A stretch of 64,000 nucleotides of DNA from an uncultured Pelagibacteraceae bacterium (GCA_902526005.1 CABZIW010000001.1:3013-67012); one strand, 5' to 3'; shown: positions 30,101-40,103, counted from the first letter of the stretch. The notes: generated by a model from the sequence alone, not told the origin. Translations and numbers: made by a program.

Positions 30101-31630
30101 ATCATCACCCATGCTTCCAGTAGATTCCTTGGCATCACTCACCATTGGATGAAGAATAAGTTCTAGTTCTTCCATTGTGAAACCAGCCGCGATCATTCTT
30201 TTTCTTAATTTTTCAGTTTCTATAACTGTCGACTCTCTTGAAACTGTTACTCTTTTATCTAATCGAATTATTTTTTTGACATACTCTTCATAAGGAGCTT
30301 CTTTCGCAAGATAGTCTTTTAAATCAGAGTTACGATAAATTTTTCCTTCCTTCAAATTTATTCCAATTATATCTCCAGGGCCCAGTCTGCCTTTTTCAAC
30401 TATCTTTGACTCATCAACCCTGACCATTCCTGTTTCAGAACCAACGTATATTATGTTGTCATTTGATACAGAGTACCGCATTGGCCTTAAGCCATTTCGA
30501 TCCATACCACCAATAATCCAATTTCCGTCAACTGCAGCTATTGCTGCGGGTCCATCCCATGGTTCTACAATAGCATTAGAAAACTCATACATATTTCTAT
30601 GCTCAATTGGCATTAGTTCACTTCTTTTTGACCACGCCTCTGGTATTAGAAGAGTTTTAACGAGGGGAACTGATCTTCCAGCTCTAACATATAATTCAAA
30701 TGCGGCATCTAAGGCAGCAGAGTCAGAAACATTTTTTTCTATAATTGGTTTAACTTGTTCACTATCATCACCAAAAATTTCTGATGTAATTCTTGTTTGA
30801 TGATTTCTCATCCAGTTTGTATTTCCGGAAATTGTATTTATCTCCCCATTGTGAGCCAACATTCTAAATGGTTGCGCCAAACCCCAGGATGGAAAGGTAT
30901 TTGTAGAATATCTCTGATGAAACACTGCATAAGAAGAAACAAAATTATTATTAGCTAAATCAGGATAGAATATGGAAAGTTGTTCAGCTAAAAATAGTCC
31001 CTTATAAATGATTGACTCAAAACTTAGAGAGCATACATAAAATCCATTAATTTGCTGTTTTGCTATTCTCTTTTCAAGTCGACGTCTTACTAGATATAAT
31101 TCTTTTGAATAATCAAAATTACTTTCTCTTTCAATGTTATTAACAAACATAACCTGCTCAATCTCAGGTCTAGTTGAATTAGCTTTTTCACCAATAACAC
31201 TGTTATTAATAGGCACTTGTCTCCAGCCATATATATAGTATCCATGATCAAGAAGTTCAGACTCAATTATTGTTCGACATTTTTCTAATGCTGCATAGTC
31301 GTTTCTTGGCAAAAACATCATACCAATGCCTAGAGGTTCGTCTCTTTTTTCATGGCCTGTTTTAGCAATTTCGTCATCAAAGAAGTTTATAGGTATTTGA
31401 GTAAGTATGCCGGCACCATCCCCTGTCTTACCATCAGCATCAACAGCACCTCTGTGCCACACAGCTTTTAGCGCATCGATACCACCTTCTACAACTTCTC
31501 TTCTTTGCTTACCATCAACTGATGCTACAAAGCCAACACCGCATGCATCGTGCTCTTGTTTAGGACTATAAAGGTGCCCTTCTTCCAAGACTTGCTTATT
31601 TTTTCTGTATCTATTTAAATCTGAACTCAT
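27110..31630 (-). CDS. gltB: Glutamate synthase large subunit
   Basis: HDACGVGF, HQRYSTNTFP, AHNGEINT, IKIAQGAKPGEGGQLPG, NDYVGKGLSG. Confidence 0.99.
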   Translation of the reverse strand: MSSDLNRYRKNKQVLEEGHLYSPKQEHDACGVGFVASVDGKQRREVVEGGIDALKAVWHRGAVDADGKTGDGAGILTQIPINFFDDEIAKTGHEKRDEPLGIGMMFLPRNDYAALEKCRTIIESELLDHGYYIYGWRQVPINNSVIGEKANSTRPEIEQVMFVNNIERESNFDYSKELYLVRRRLEKRIAKQQINGFYVCSLSFESIIYKGLFLAEQLSIFYPDLANNNFVSSYAVFHQRYSTNTFPSWGLAQPFRMLAHNGEINTISGNTNWMRNHQTRITSEIFGDDSEQVKPIIEKNVSDSAALDAAFELYVRAGRSVPLVKTLLIPEAWSKRSELMPIEHRNMYEFSNAIVEPWDGPAAIAAVDGNWIIGGMDRNGLRPMRYSVSNDNIIYVGSETGMVRVDESKIVEKGRLGPGDIIGINLKEGKIYRNSDLKDYLAKEAPYEEYVKKIIRLDKRVTVSRESTVIETEKLRKRMIAAGFTMEELELILHPMVSDAKESTGSMGDDTPVAVLSDKYRPLSHFFRQKFSQVTNPPIDSLREQSRMSLKTRFGNLQDILSPNPYEENVFVIDSPFITNGLFKKISARGQESTTVIDCTVHKDNFNLKEEIKRIQFESETAVLSGKSHIVLSDISADHDKLSLPMILITAAVHTDLTRKGIRSFVSLHVRSAECLDTHYFAVLIGVGATTVNPYLALDCIYERQQKGLFGNLSYEECVERYKKAVDQGLLKVMSKLGISVISAYRGGFNFEAVGLSRSMVNEYFLGVQSRMSGIGLSGIEKKLTDLHNYAYSNSVQTLPIGGIYRYRNGGETHAYEGKLIHLLQTAVADDSYEMFKKYSNSMSNFAPINIRDLLEFKESESSIELSEVESITSIRKRFGTGSMSHGALSKEAHETLAIAMNRIGGASCSGEGGESIERSKPLNNGDSANSRVKQVASARFGVTTEYLNNCEEIEIKIAQGAKPGEGGQLPGFKVTAEIAKLRHSTEGVTLISPPPHHDIYSIEDLAQLIYDLKQANPDARVCVKLVASSGIGTIAAGVAKAKADVILISGHNGGTGASPQTSIKYAGIPWEMGLTEVNQVLTLNGLRQNVVLRTDGGIKTGRDVVIAAIMGAEEFGVGTTSLVAMGCIMVRQCHSNTCPVGVCTQDEDLRARFSGSPEKVVNLFSYIAEEVREILAKLGFKSLNEIIGRTDLLYQISRGSTHLDDLDLNSLLIQAEKDPNVEYFSHSIINDVGSTLDQKIIEDASKFLQTGQKTELNYPIKNTDRAVGTRLSSTIYRTFKDKKVNKEHLTINLTGSAGQSLGAFAIKGLKINLYGDSNDYVGKGLSGATISIRPHKNSNLVTNENTIIGNTVLYGATSGELYAAGQAGERFAVRNSGAITVVEGCGSNGCEYMTGGTVVVLGKTGDNFGAGMTGGMAFIYDEDKKFNQRVNAETLIFDTIASEYWTNELNQIILSHYQNTGSLHAKSILDNWETEIQKFIHVCPKEIVNILPQPLGFKDQLKKVN

Positions 31631-33066
31631 GATGCTCTAACCTTACTAACCTCTGCCAGTTTTTTAGCTTCAATATAACTGTGAATTGAATTAGCCACAT
31701 CTCGACCATCCCTTATTCCCCAAACTACTAATGAAGCCCCTCTAACAATATCTCCTGCAGCAAAGACTCCATCAATATCAGTCATCATAGTATTGAAACC
31801 AACTCTTACTGTGCCCCACTTTGTCACTGGTAAGTCTTTAACATTAAAAAGTGTGGGTAAATTTTCAGGAGAAAAACCTAGAGCAGCTATGACCATATCA
31901 GCCTTCAAATTAAAATCAGATCCTTCTATTTGTTGCGGTGTTCTTCTTCCATCGACATCAGGCTCACTCAATCTCATTTTGACACATTCAATTTGGTAAC
32001 CATTTTTTAAAACATTCATATTAATTGGGAGAGATTGCCACATGAATTCGACACCTTCCTCTTCAGCATTATTTACCTCTCTTGCAGAACCGGGCATATT
32101 TTCTTTATCTCTACGGTATAAACATTTTACAGATTTAGCTTTTTGTCTTACAGCAGTTCGTACACAGTCCATTGCCGTGTCACCACCACCAATGACCACA
32201 ATGTCTTTACCTTTTGCATCCAACTCACCTTCATCAAATTTCTTAACTTCGTCTCCAAGTCCTTTTCGATTAGATGCGGTTAAGTATTCTAATGCTGGAA
32301 TTATGTTACTTGTACTTTCACCCAGGTTAATTTCTTTAGCTTTATAGACACCTGTAGCTATTAAAACTGCATCATGTTTTTTTTGAAGGTCTTCAAATTT
32401 TATATCTTTTCCAATTTCAACATTAAGATGAATATTAATTCCAGAATCTTTTAAGTATTGCATTCTCCTTTGAACGATATCTTTTTCTAATTTAAAATTT
32501 GGAATACCGTAAATTAATAATCCACCGGCTCTGTCGTAACGATCGTAAACATGAACCTTGTAACCTTTTTTTCTAAGTTCTTCTGCCGCTGCTAGTCCTG
32601 CTGGTCCTGCACCAATTACACCTATGCTATTTTCTTTTTCTATGCTCTTTTCAACCTTGAGAGGAGTAATCCATCCATTCTCAAATGCATTATCTGTTAA
32701 ATATTTCTCTACTGAGCCAATTGTTACGGATCCATGTCCTGATTGCTCGATTACGCAATTACCTTCACATAATCTATCTTGTGGACATATCCTGCCACAT
32801 ATCTCAGGCATATTATTTGTACTTGATGAAATTTCATAAGCCTCTTCCAGCCTGTCCTCTGCAGCAAGCTTTAGCCAATCAGGTATATGGTTATGAAGTG
32901 GACAGTGAACTGTGCAATATGGAACGCCACATTGGGAGCATCTGCTAGACTGCTCTTTTGCACTATTTTTAATGAAATTATCATAGATTTCTCGAAAGTC
33001 TTTTTTTCTATCTTTTGATAATCTCTTATCAGGATACTCTTGATTTAGATCAGTAAATTTAAGCAT
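31627..33066 (-). CDS. gltD: Glutamate synthase small subunit
   Basis: RCSQCGVPYC, CGRICPQDRLCEGNC, GAGPAG, GGGDTAMDC, GASLVVW. Confidence 0.98.
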   Translation of the reverse strand: MLKFTDLNQEYPDKRLSKDRKKDFREIYDNFIKNSAKEQSSRCSQCGVPYCTVHCPLHNHIPDWLKLAAEDRLEEAYEISSSTNNMPEICGRICPQDRLCEGNCVIEQSGHGSVTIGSVEKYLTDNAFENGWITPLKVEKSIEKENSIGVIGAGPAGLAAAEELRKKGYKVHVYDRYDRAGGLLIYGIPNFKLEKDIVQRRMQYLKDSGINIHLNVEIGKDIKFEDLQKKHDAVLIATGVYKAKEINLGESTSNIIPALEYLTASNRKGLGDEVKKFDEGELDAKGKDIVVIGGGDTAMDCVRTAVRQKAKSVKCLYRRDKENMPGSAREVNNAEEEGVEFMWQSLPINMNVLKNGYQIECVKMRLSEPDVDGRRTPQQIEGSDFNLKADMVIAALGFSPENLPTLFNVKDLPVTKWGTVRVGFNTMMTDIDGVFAAGDIVRGASLVVWGIRDGRDVANSIHSYIEAKKLAEVSKVRAS

Positions 33067-33073
33067 AATTTTT

Positions 33074-33172
33074 AATTATGTCATAATTATTGACATATAT
33101 AGAATCTCATTAATAATTTAAGTAGTTTTATATCAGTCTAATAATATATTAATAGTCATACATTATGACATA
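33074..33172. promoter_or_regulatory. Two TGTCA-N7-TGACA-like palindromes plus a sigma70 -35 box in the gltD/uppP divergent promoter region
   Basis: TATGTCA-N7-TGACATA (33077-33097), ATAGTCA-N7-TGACATA (33152-33172); TTGACA at 33090-33095. Confidence 0.5.
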
Positions 33173-33226
33173 AATAGAACTTTTGCTTGCCTATTTGGCG
33201 TAAAACTCTATTTTTTCATATCTGTT

Positions 33227-34024
33227 ATGCATTTTTTTCCTGTAATTATTTTAGCAATTATTCAAGGAATTACTGAATTCCTACCAATTTCAAGTTCAGC
33301 TCACTTGCTTATTACTGCAGAAATGATGAATATAAGAGAAAATTTATCTCTCGATATAAGCCTACATTTAGGCACTTTGATAGCTGTATTGATCTATTTT
33401 AGAACTGAGGCACTTAACTTCTTTAAATTCATAATGCCTTTCTTTTCGTCGAACAAAATATCTAAAACAAAGATAAATCAAAATTTGATCGTTGCATCAT
33501 TACCTATAATTTTTATTGGTGGCTTAGCTTATATGTCTGGTTTTGCTGAAATCTTCAGAGATCTACATTTTATAGGTCTATCAACAATAGTCTTTGGTTT
33601 AGCGCTTTATTTTGCGGATATCAGATCTAATGAGGACAGTCTTAAAGTGGATAATCTATCTTATAAGAAATCTCTTGTAGTTGGTTTTTTTCAAATTTTC
33701 GCGATTATTCCAGGTGCTTCAAGAGCAGGTGTTGTTTATACAGGTTCAAGAATAGTTGGTTTAAATAGAGTCGAGGCTGCAAAATTTTCAATGCTCTTAT
33801 CAATACCTGTAATACTAATATCAACCTCAATTCCAGCTATTGAAATAGCGAATGACTCAATTGCAATAAATTTTTTGTATTTATTTTCTGGTTTTATTAT
33901 TTCTTTTATTACCGCATACTTATCAATAAGTATATTGCTAAATTGGGTAAAAAATAATTCGATGATACCATTTGTAATTTACCGAATAGTACTTGGGTCG
34001 ATAATTTTGATTTATTTCACTTAA
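33227..34024 (+). CDS. uppP: Undecaprenyl-diphosphate phosphatase
   Basis: QGITEFLPISSSAHL, HLGT, PGASRAG, FSMLLSIP. Confidence 0.96.
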   Translation: MHFFPVIILAIIQGITEFLPISSSAHLLITAEMMNIRENLSLDISLHLGTLIAVLIYFRTEALNFFKFIMPFFSSNKISKTKINQNLIVASLPIIFIGGLAYMSGFAEIFRDLHFIGLSTIVFGLALYFADIRSNEDSLKVDNLSYKKSLVVGFFQIFAIIPGASRAGVVYTGSRIVGLNRVEAAKFSMLLSIPVILISTSIPAIEIANDSIAINFLYLFSGFIISFITAYLSISILLNWVKNNSMIPFVIYRIVLGSIILIYFT

Positions 34025-34028
34025 ACAA

Positions 34029-34931
34029 TCAAATATATGTACTTATAATACTTCTTGGCGAACTTGGTTCAATTCCTAATTTTTCTAAATTAAATTCAGT
34101 TTTAGAGATGATGTTATCTTTTCTTAGAAGTTTTACTTGATCAAAAGTTATTAGTGGAGAGGGTAAGGGCAGCATAATAAACGCAATAAAGTTCGCAAAA
34201 GACAATGGAACTGGAACTATTAGTCTTTTAATTTTTAAAGTGTCTAAGATCAACTGGTATATTTCTTTTAGACTCATTTTTTCTGGTCCACCAAATTCAA
34301 ATATCTTACCATTATATTTATCATCCAAAATAAGTCTGTTTATAGCTGTGGCGATATCTTTAACATAAACACATTGGTATTTGTTATTAGCGAATAACGG
34401 TACAACTGGTAAACTTTTTAATAATTTGGCTTGAACTGAAAAGAAACCGTCACCAGGTCCAAAAACTATCGATGGTCTAATTATAATTGTGTTGGGATAA
34501 CTTTTTTGAATATTTTGCTCTCCTAAGCCTTTTGATTGTTGATATTTTGAGTCGCTTTCGATATCAGCTCCAATGGATGAAAAATGAATAAATTTCTCAA
34601 CCTTATATTTTGCACATAAATCTGCGATATTTTTGGGCCCTAAAGAATGACAATTTTCGAAAGATTGACCACCAGAACTATCATTTAAGACACCTACAAA
34701 ATTAATAACAACATCAGAGTTTTTTATATATGGCTCAATTGTGTGCTTAAGCATAATGTTGCCTTTTACAATATCTAATTGTTCTATTGGCGCCATCATT
34801 CTCAAGTGACCAGCCAAATGAGGATTTCTGCATACAATTTTCAAATTGTGGCCCTCTTTAAGAAGTTCGGAAATACAATATTTAGCCAAAAACCCAGATC
34901 CGCCAATTAATGTGATCGTTTTTTTCTTCAT
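34029..34931 (-). CDS. Complex I NDUFA9-like NAD-dependent SDR (start likely MKKKTITLIGGSG)
   Basis: GGSGFL, VINFVG, FIHFSSIGA, SKYQQSKG, RPSIVFGPGD. Confidence 0.88.
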   Translation of the reverse strand: MKKKTITLIGGSGFLAKYCISELLKEGHNLKIVCRNPHLAGHLRMMAPIEQLDIVKGNIMLKHTIEPYIKNSDVVINFVGVLNDSSGGQSFENCHSLGPKNIADLCAKYKVEKFIHFSSIGADIESDSKYQQSKGLGEQNIQKSYPNTIIIRPSIVFGPGDGFFSVQAKLLKSLPVVPLFANNKYQCVYVKDIATAINRLILDDKYNGKIFEFGGPEKMSLKEIYQLILDTLKIKRLIVPVPLSFANFIAFIMLPLPSPLITFDQVKLLRKDNIISKTEFNLEKLGIEPSSPRSIISTYI

Positions 34932-34984
34932 ATTTTTTAAATATACCTTTATGTACAGTTTTGAAATAGAGTAAATCTTACACA

Positions 34985-35596
34985 ATGCAAACTATTTTAC
35001 ACAAAAATGATTTGAGTAACGGCATTAATTTTTCAGGCATTGTTGCAGCTGATTGCGAAATGATGGGACTGCAACCTAATAGGGACCCGCTTTGCTTAAT
35101 ACAACTTTATGATGGAAAAGGTGACTGTCATTTAGTTCAATTTATAGATCAAAATTTTGATGCTCCAAATCTTAAAAAATTATTAAGTAGTGATAAAACA
35201 TTTATATTTCACTATGCCCGACATGATTTAGCGGCAATTAAACATGATTTAAACATCATGATAAAAAACGTTTATTGCACAAAAATTAGTTCAAAGATAG
35301 CAAGAACTTATTCGCAAGGGCATGGCTATAAAGATTTATGCAAAGAACTTTTGAATATTGATATTTCAAAAAAACAGCAATCAAGTGATTGGTCAAATCC
35401 AAATTTGTCAAAAGAACAAATTAATTACGCTGCAACAGATGTAATTCACTTACACGAGATTAGAGAAAAATTAGACGAAATTTTAGAGAGACAAAATAGA
35501 AGAAAGCTTGTTCAGGCTTGTATAGAATTTTTACCTACACGAGTTGAATTAGATTTGAGGGGCTGGAATAATGATATATTCTCACATTCTAGTTAG
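34985..35596 (+). CDS. rnd: Ribonuclease D (short 3'-5' exonuclease)
   Basis: DCEMMGL..RDPLCLIQL, FHYARHD, CTKISSK, QQSSDW, YAATDV. Confidence 0.9.
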   Translation: MQTILHKNDLSNGINFSGIVAADCEMMGLQPNRDPLCLIQLYDGKGDCHLVQFIDQNFDAPNLKKLLSSDKTFIFHYARHDLAAIKHDLNIMIKNVYCTKISSKIARTYSQGHGYKDLCKELLNIDISKKQQSSDWSNPNLSKEQINYAATDVIHLHEIREKLDEILERQNRRKLVQACIEFLPTRVELDLRGWNNDIFSHSS

Positions 35597-35599
35597 AAA

Positions 35600-36565
35600 A
35601 TGAAAATAAATAAAATAATCAACGACGGTAAAGAAGTTATTAATACTGAGTTACAAGGTATAAAAAAACTTAATAAGATTATAGATAAGAATTTTGATAA
35701 AGCTGTTAGGGTCCTCGCAAAAGTAAAAGGAAGAGTTATTATCACTGGAGTAGGAAAATCAGGTCATATTGCTAGCAAAATATCTAGCACAATGAGCTCA
35801 ACCGGAACCCCATCGCAATATTGTTCTCCAACCGACATGAGTCACGGAGACTTAGGCATTATTTCAAAAAAAGATGCACTTATTATAATTTCTAATTCAG
35901 GAAACAGTAATGAATTGGTAAATCTTTTAAATTTTGCCAAAAAATACTCAATCTCAATTATAGGAATTTCCTCAAATTCTGAAAGTGAGCTTATTAAAGC
36001 TTCAAATATTAGCTTAATTATACCAAATGCAGCTGAGGCATGTTCAATAGGAATGGCGCCAACAACCTCAACAACTATGGCACTGATTGTAGGAGATGCT
36101 TTATGTGTTTCTCTAATGAAATTGAAAAAGTTCAAAATTTCAGACTATAAGAAGTTACATCCTGGTGGATCGCTGGGAATACAGATGCTTCAAGTTAAAG
36201 ACATCATGCATACTAAAAAGAAAATGCCAATTGTAACAGAGAATGCAAATATGAAATCTGTAATTATTGAAATGACAAAAAAATCATTTGGTCATGTAGG
36301 TGTAAAAAATAAAAAAAGTGAGTTAATTGGAATAATTACCGACGGTGATTTGAGAAGAAATATAAATAATCATTTAATTGAAAGTAAAGCCAAAATGATA
36401 ATGACACAGAGACCTAAATTAGTTAATCAAAACATACTTGTTATTGATGCGTTGAATATAATGAATAAAAATAAAATTACTTGTTTATTTGTAGTAGAAA
36501 AAGAAAAAAATAAGTCTCCTATAGGTATTGTACACATTCACGATTGCATAAGATATGTTAATTAA
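35600..36565 (+). CDS. kdsD: KpsF/GutQ family arabinose-5-phosphate isomerase
   Basis: GVGKSGHI, HGDLG, SNSGNS, APTTST, HPGGSLG, paired CBS domains. Confidence 0.93.
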   Translation: MKINKIINDGKEVINTELQGIKKLNKIIDKNFDKAVRVLAKVKGRVIITGVGKSGHIASKISSTMSSTGTPSQYCSPTDMSHGDLGIISKKDALIIISNSGNSNELVNLLNFAKKYSISIIGISSNSESELIKASNISLIIPNAAEACSIGMAPTTSTTMALIVGDALCVSLMKLKKFKISDYKKLHPGGSLGIQMLQVKDIMHTKKKMPIVTENANMKSVIIEMTKKSFGHVGVKNKKSELIGIITDGDLRRNINNHLIESKAKMIMTQRPKLVNQNILVIDALNIMNKNKITCLFVVEKEKNKSPIGIVHIHDCIRYVN

Positions 36566-37067
36566 GTTATTGAATCTAGATAATCTATTATCGTCTCTTA
36601 TTATTTTATTAATATTAACTTCCCTTACATATAGTGAGGAAGTGTTTATTGAAATTGATAATCCAAGATTTTCCGAAAAAGGTTTAAGCGATAAAACCTA
36701 TGAGATAAAAGCGGAGAAGGGTTTAAAATCTGATAATGAACTGAAACTATTTGCTATTGAGGGTAAATTTAAAACTGTTAAAGATGGCAAATGGATTTAC
36801 TTAGAGGCTGACAAGGGAAATTATTCTCAAGATAATAATTTTATAGAATTACGAGAAAATATTATTTTTTATACTGATGATGGAGAAAAACTTAGTTCAA
36901 ATTATGCAACATTTGATATACAAAATGATATTATTGAATTAGCAGAAAATGTTAGTCACGAGAGTATGAGGGGATTAATTTTGTCTGACAGTTCTATTAT
37001 TACAAATAACTTTAATAAAATTACTTATTTTGGAAATGTTGAATCATTAATTAACACTTCAGAGTGA
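36555..37067 (+). CDS. lptC: LPS export protein LptC
   Basis: N-terminal TM and beta-jellyroll-like repeats; position between kdsD and lptA. Confidence 0.75.
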   Translation: MLIKLLNLDNLLSSLIILLILTSLTYSEEVFIEIDNPRFSEKGLSDKTYEIKAEKGLKSDNELKLFAIEGKFKTVKDGKWIYLEADKGNYSQDNNFIELRENIIFYTDDGEKLSSNYATFDIQNDIIELAENVSHESMRGLILSDSSIITNNFNKITYFGNVESLINTSE

Positions 37068-37516
37068 TGTTTAAAAAATCTTTTAATATTGTTATTATAA
37101 ATTTATTTCTAATAATAAATAGTTATTCAAATGAACTAAAAATTACTTCGGAGAATCTTGAAGTTGATCGTGAGAATAAGATTACAGTTTTTTTAGGCGA
37201 TGTGTATGCATATAACAAAGATATAAAGATTTGGTCTGAGAAACTAATTGTTAAGTTTGATAATAAAGAGAATGAGATAGAGCAATTGAACGCTGAGAAT
37301 TCTGTTAAAATAATAAGGGAGGAAATTACTGCAACAGGTGATATAGGCTTATATTACCCAAAATCAGAAATACTTAACTTATTGGGTAATGTAGAAGTTA
37401 TTGAAAACAATAATTATGTTAAATGCGACGAATTATATCTAGATATAAAAAACTCTACCAGTATAATGAAAAGTAATTCATCAAATAGGGTTGAAGCATA
37501 CATAACTAATAATTAA
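37064..37516 (+). CDS. lptA: LPS transport periplasmic protein LptA (OstA family)
   Basis: Signal peptide, ITSENLEVD, FLGDV, A.G.V-type repeats; upstream of lptB. Confidence 0.8.
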   Translation: MMFKKSFNIVIINLFLIINSYSNELKITSENLEVDRENKITVFLGDVYAYNKDIKIWSEKLIVKFDNKENEIEQLNAENSVKIIREEITATGDIGLYYPKSEILNLLGNVEVIENNNYVKCDELYLDIKNSTSIMKSNSSNRVEAYITNN

Positions 37517-37525
37517 TATTTAAAG

Positions 37526-38278
37526 ATGACAATAAAACCTAAACTAGTTTCATCCAATAATGGTCTTGTAGTTAATAAACTTAGAAAAACTCTCTCACAA
37601 AAACAAATAGTGAGAGATGTGAGTCTAAAGCTTGAACGAGGGAAGACGATCGGATTACTCGGTCCAAACGGTGCTGGAAAAACGACAACATTCTATATGA
37701 TCATGGGCTTAATTGATTGTGATGGAGGTGAAATATTACTAGACGATATTCATCTTACATCTCTTCCGATGTATAAGAGGGCTAAATTAGGCATAGGGTT
37801 TTTACCGCAACAGCCCTCAATTTTCAGAGGCATGTCAGTTGAAGACAACCTGCTATCGATACTAGAAACTCAAGACCTTCCAAAAGATCAAAAGCAAAAC
37901 ATGTTAGAAGAATTACTTACTGAGTTTTCACTCACACATTTAAGAAGAGCAATGCCTCACATGCTTAGTGGTGGAGAAAGAAGAAGAACAGAAATTGCAA
38001 GATGTCTTTGTTCTAATCCAAGCATAATACTTATGGATGAACCTACCGCTGGCGTTGACCCAATAGGCATAGATGATATCAAATTTCTCATAAAGCAATT
38101 AATGAATAAAAATATTGGAGTTTTAATTACCGACCACAATGTCAGGGAAGTTTTAGATATTTGCGACTATTCCTATGTAATGCATTCAGGAGAAATAATT
38201 GCTGAAGGTGAAAGTGATATAATACTTGGTAATAAGGAAGCTCGTAAATTTTACTTAGGAGATTCATTTAAATATTAG
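37526..38278 (+). CDS. lptB: LPS export ABC transporter ATP-binding protein
   Basis: GLLGPNGAGKTTTFYM, LSGGERRRTEIAR, MDEPTAGVDP, ITDHNVRE. Confidence 0.97.
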   Translation: MTIKPKLVSSNNGLVVNKLRKTLSQKQIVRDVSLKLERGKTIGLLGPNGAGKTTTFYMIMGLIDCDGGEILLDDIHLTSLPMYKRAKLGIGFLPQQPSIFRGMSVEDNLLSILETQDLPKDQKQNMLEELLTEFSLTHLRRAMPHMLSGGERRRTEIARCLCSNPSIILMDEPTAGVDPIGIDDIKFLIKQLMNKNIGVLITDHNVREVLDICDYSYVMHSGEIIAEGESDIILGNKEARKFYLGDSFKY

Positions 38279-38354
38279 TGGTGGAGCTAGTCGGACTTGA
38301 ACCGACCACCTCGTCACTGCCAGCGACGCGCTCTCCCAGATGAGCTATAGCCCC
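38279..38354 (-). tRNA. tRNA-Ala (GGC)
   Basis: 76-nt GGGGCTATAGCTCA...CGTCG-CTGGCAG-TGACG...GGTTCAAGTCC...CCACCA. Confidence 0.97.
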
Positions 38355-38356
38355 AA

Positions 38357-38725
38357 TTATTGTTCTTCAATATTTTCGTGATCACCGTCACTGATATCTA
38401 AGTCATCAACCTCATCTGAAATGACTTGAACATCACTCTCTGAATCTTCAAGACTAATTGTATCGTCATCAATAGCATCATCTATCTCTAACTCTTCAAC
38501 CCCTGCGATGGACTCCGATGCATCACTTCCTACTAAATTTGTGTCAGTAACTGTATCAACTTCATCTGTAAATACTTGTTTAGCATTTGAGGGGGTTGAT
38601 TCTAAAGCTGGTTCGATATATTCAGTACCGCAATTAGGACAAACAGCAGGTTTTCTATTCAAGTCATAAAACTTAGTTTCACAATTAGTACAAACTACTT
38701 TTTTCCCCCACTCAACTTTTGACAT
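38357..38725 (-). CDS. TIGR02300/FYDLN-acid family protein
   Basis: WGKKVVCTNCETKFYDLNRKPAVCPNCG plus acidic tail. Confidence 0.93.
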   Translation of the reverse strand: MSKVEWGKKVVCTNCETKFYDLNRKPAVCPNCGTEYIEPALESTPSNAKQVFTDEVDTVTDTNLVGSDASESIAGVEELEIDDAIDDDTISLEDSESDVQVISDEVDDLDISDGDHENIEEQ

Positions 38726-38822
38726 GATTATTCCTCGAATATTTATGGTGTAAAATTTTGATACAACTCAAAAATAAATAATATATAACTTTAGACTAAG
38801 AAGATAAATTGACAATATAAAA

Positions 38823-40103
38823 GTGCTAAAATTAAAAGGTTCATTAAAGATCTCAGGAGATAAATCTATTTCACACAGGGCTCTGATATTATCAGCCATG
38901 AGTACAGGTAAATCTAGGATAACCAATTTGTTAGAGTCAGAAGATGTTATGAATACATTGAATATTTTAAAAGAATTAGGGATTATAATAATTAAAAATG
39001 ACAATAGCTGGATTGTTTACGGTAATGGTACCGGGGGATTTATTGAACCTAAAAGACCTTTAGATTGTGGCAACAGCGGAACGACCGCTCGATTAATGAT
39101 AGGAGCGGTATCTTCAAATCCAATCAACTGTACTTTTGTTGGAGATAATTCGCTGAGTAAAAGATCGATGTCAAGAGTAACTAAGCATTTAGAAGAAATT
39201 GGAGCAATTGTTCACCTTACAAAAAAGGATTATTTACCTCTAATTATATCTGGTAGTGAAACATTATTACCTATAAAGCATAATATTCGGAAAGCTTCAG
39301 CCCAAATCAAATCAGCATTAATTATTGCAGCTTTAAATATACATGGAAAAACAAAAATTGTTGAAAATATAGCAACCAGAGATCATACTGAAAGACTTTT
39401 GAAATTTTTAAATGTCAAATTTAAAATTAAAAAGACAAAGAAAAAAACATCACAAATTGAATTAAACGGGCCATACGAATTCAAAGCGAAAAATATTGAT
39501 GTTGCAGGAGATCCGTCAAGTGCATCTTTTTTTATTGTAGGAGCATTAATTTTGCCTAAGTCAAAGATTACACTAAAAGATGTTATGCTTAATCCATCAA
39601 GAACTGCTTTTATAAAGGTACTAAAAAGTATGGGTGGAAAAATTAAACTAAAAAAGACAAAACAAATTTGTGGTGAGGATGTTGGTAATATAACAGCTGA
39701 GTATAGTAAATTAAAAGGAATTAATATTCCAGCTAATCAGTCAGCATATTTAATTGATGAATATCCAATTTTATCAATAGCTGCTTCTCAAGCAAAAGGT
39801 AAGACGATAATGAAAGGTTTAGATGAATTGAGACATAAAGAGAGCGATAGAATACATAGTATTCTTTTTAATTTAAAAAAAGTTGGTTTTGAGGTTTACG
39901 AAGAAAACAGCAATTTACATATTTTTGGTAAAAAAATAAAACTTAATAAAAATATAAAAATTAAATCTTTTGGGGACCACAGAATAGCTTTGTCATTTTC
40001 TATTCTTAATATGCTCTACGACAATAAACTTAAAATCGATAATAAGAAATGTATCAATATAAGTTATCCTGATTTCACGAAACACCTAAATTATCTGCTA
40101 TAA
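38823..40103 (+). CDS. aroA: 3-phosphoshikimate 1-carboxyvinyltransferase
   Basis: GDKSISHR, DCGNSGTT, SAQIKSA, RDHTE, DEYP, KESDR, DHRIA. Confidence 0.97.
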   Translation: MLKLKGSLKISGDKSISHRALILSAMSTGKSRITNLLESEDVMNTLNILKELGIIIIKNDNSWIVYGNGTGGFIEPKRPLDCGNSGTTARLMIGAVSSNPINCTFVGDNSLSKRSMSRVTKHLEEIGAIVHLTKKDYLPLIISGSETLLPIKHNIRKASAQIKSALIIAALNIHGKTKIVENIATRDHTERLLKFLNVKFKIKKTKKKTSQIELNGPYEFKAKNIDVAGDPSSASFFIVGALILPKSKITLKDVMLNPSRTAFIKVLKSMGGKIKLKKTKQICGEDVGNITAEYSKLKGINIPANQSAYLIDEYPILSIAASQAKGKTIMKGLDELRHKESDRIHSILFNLKKVGFEVYEENSNLHIFGKKIKLNKNIKIKSFGDHRIALSFSILNMLYDNKLKIDNKKCINISYPDFTKHLNYLL

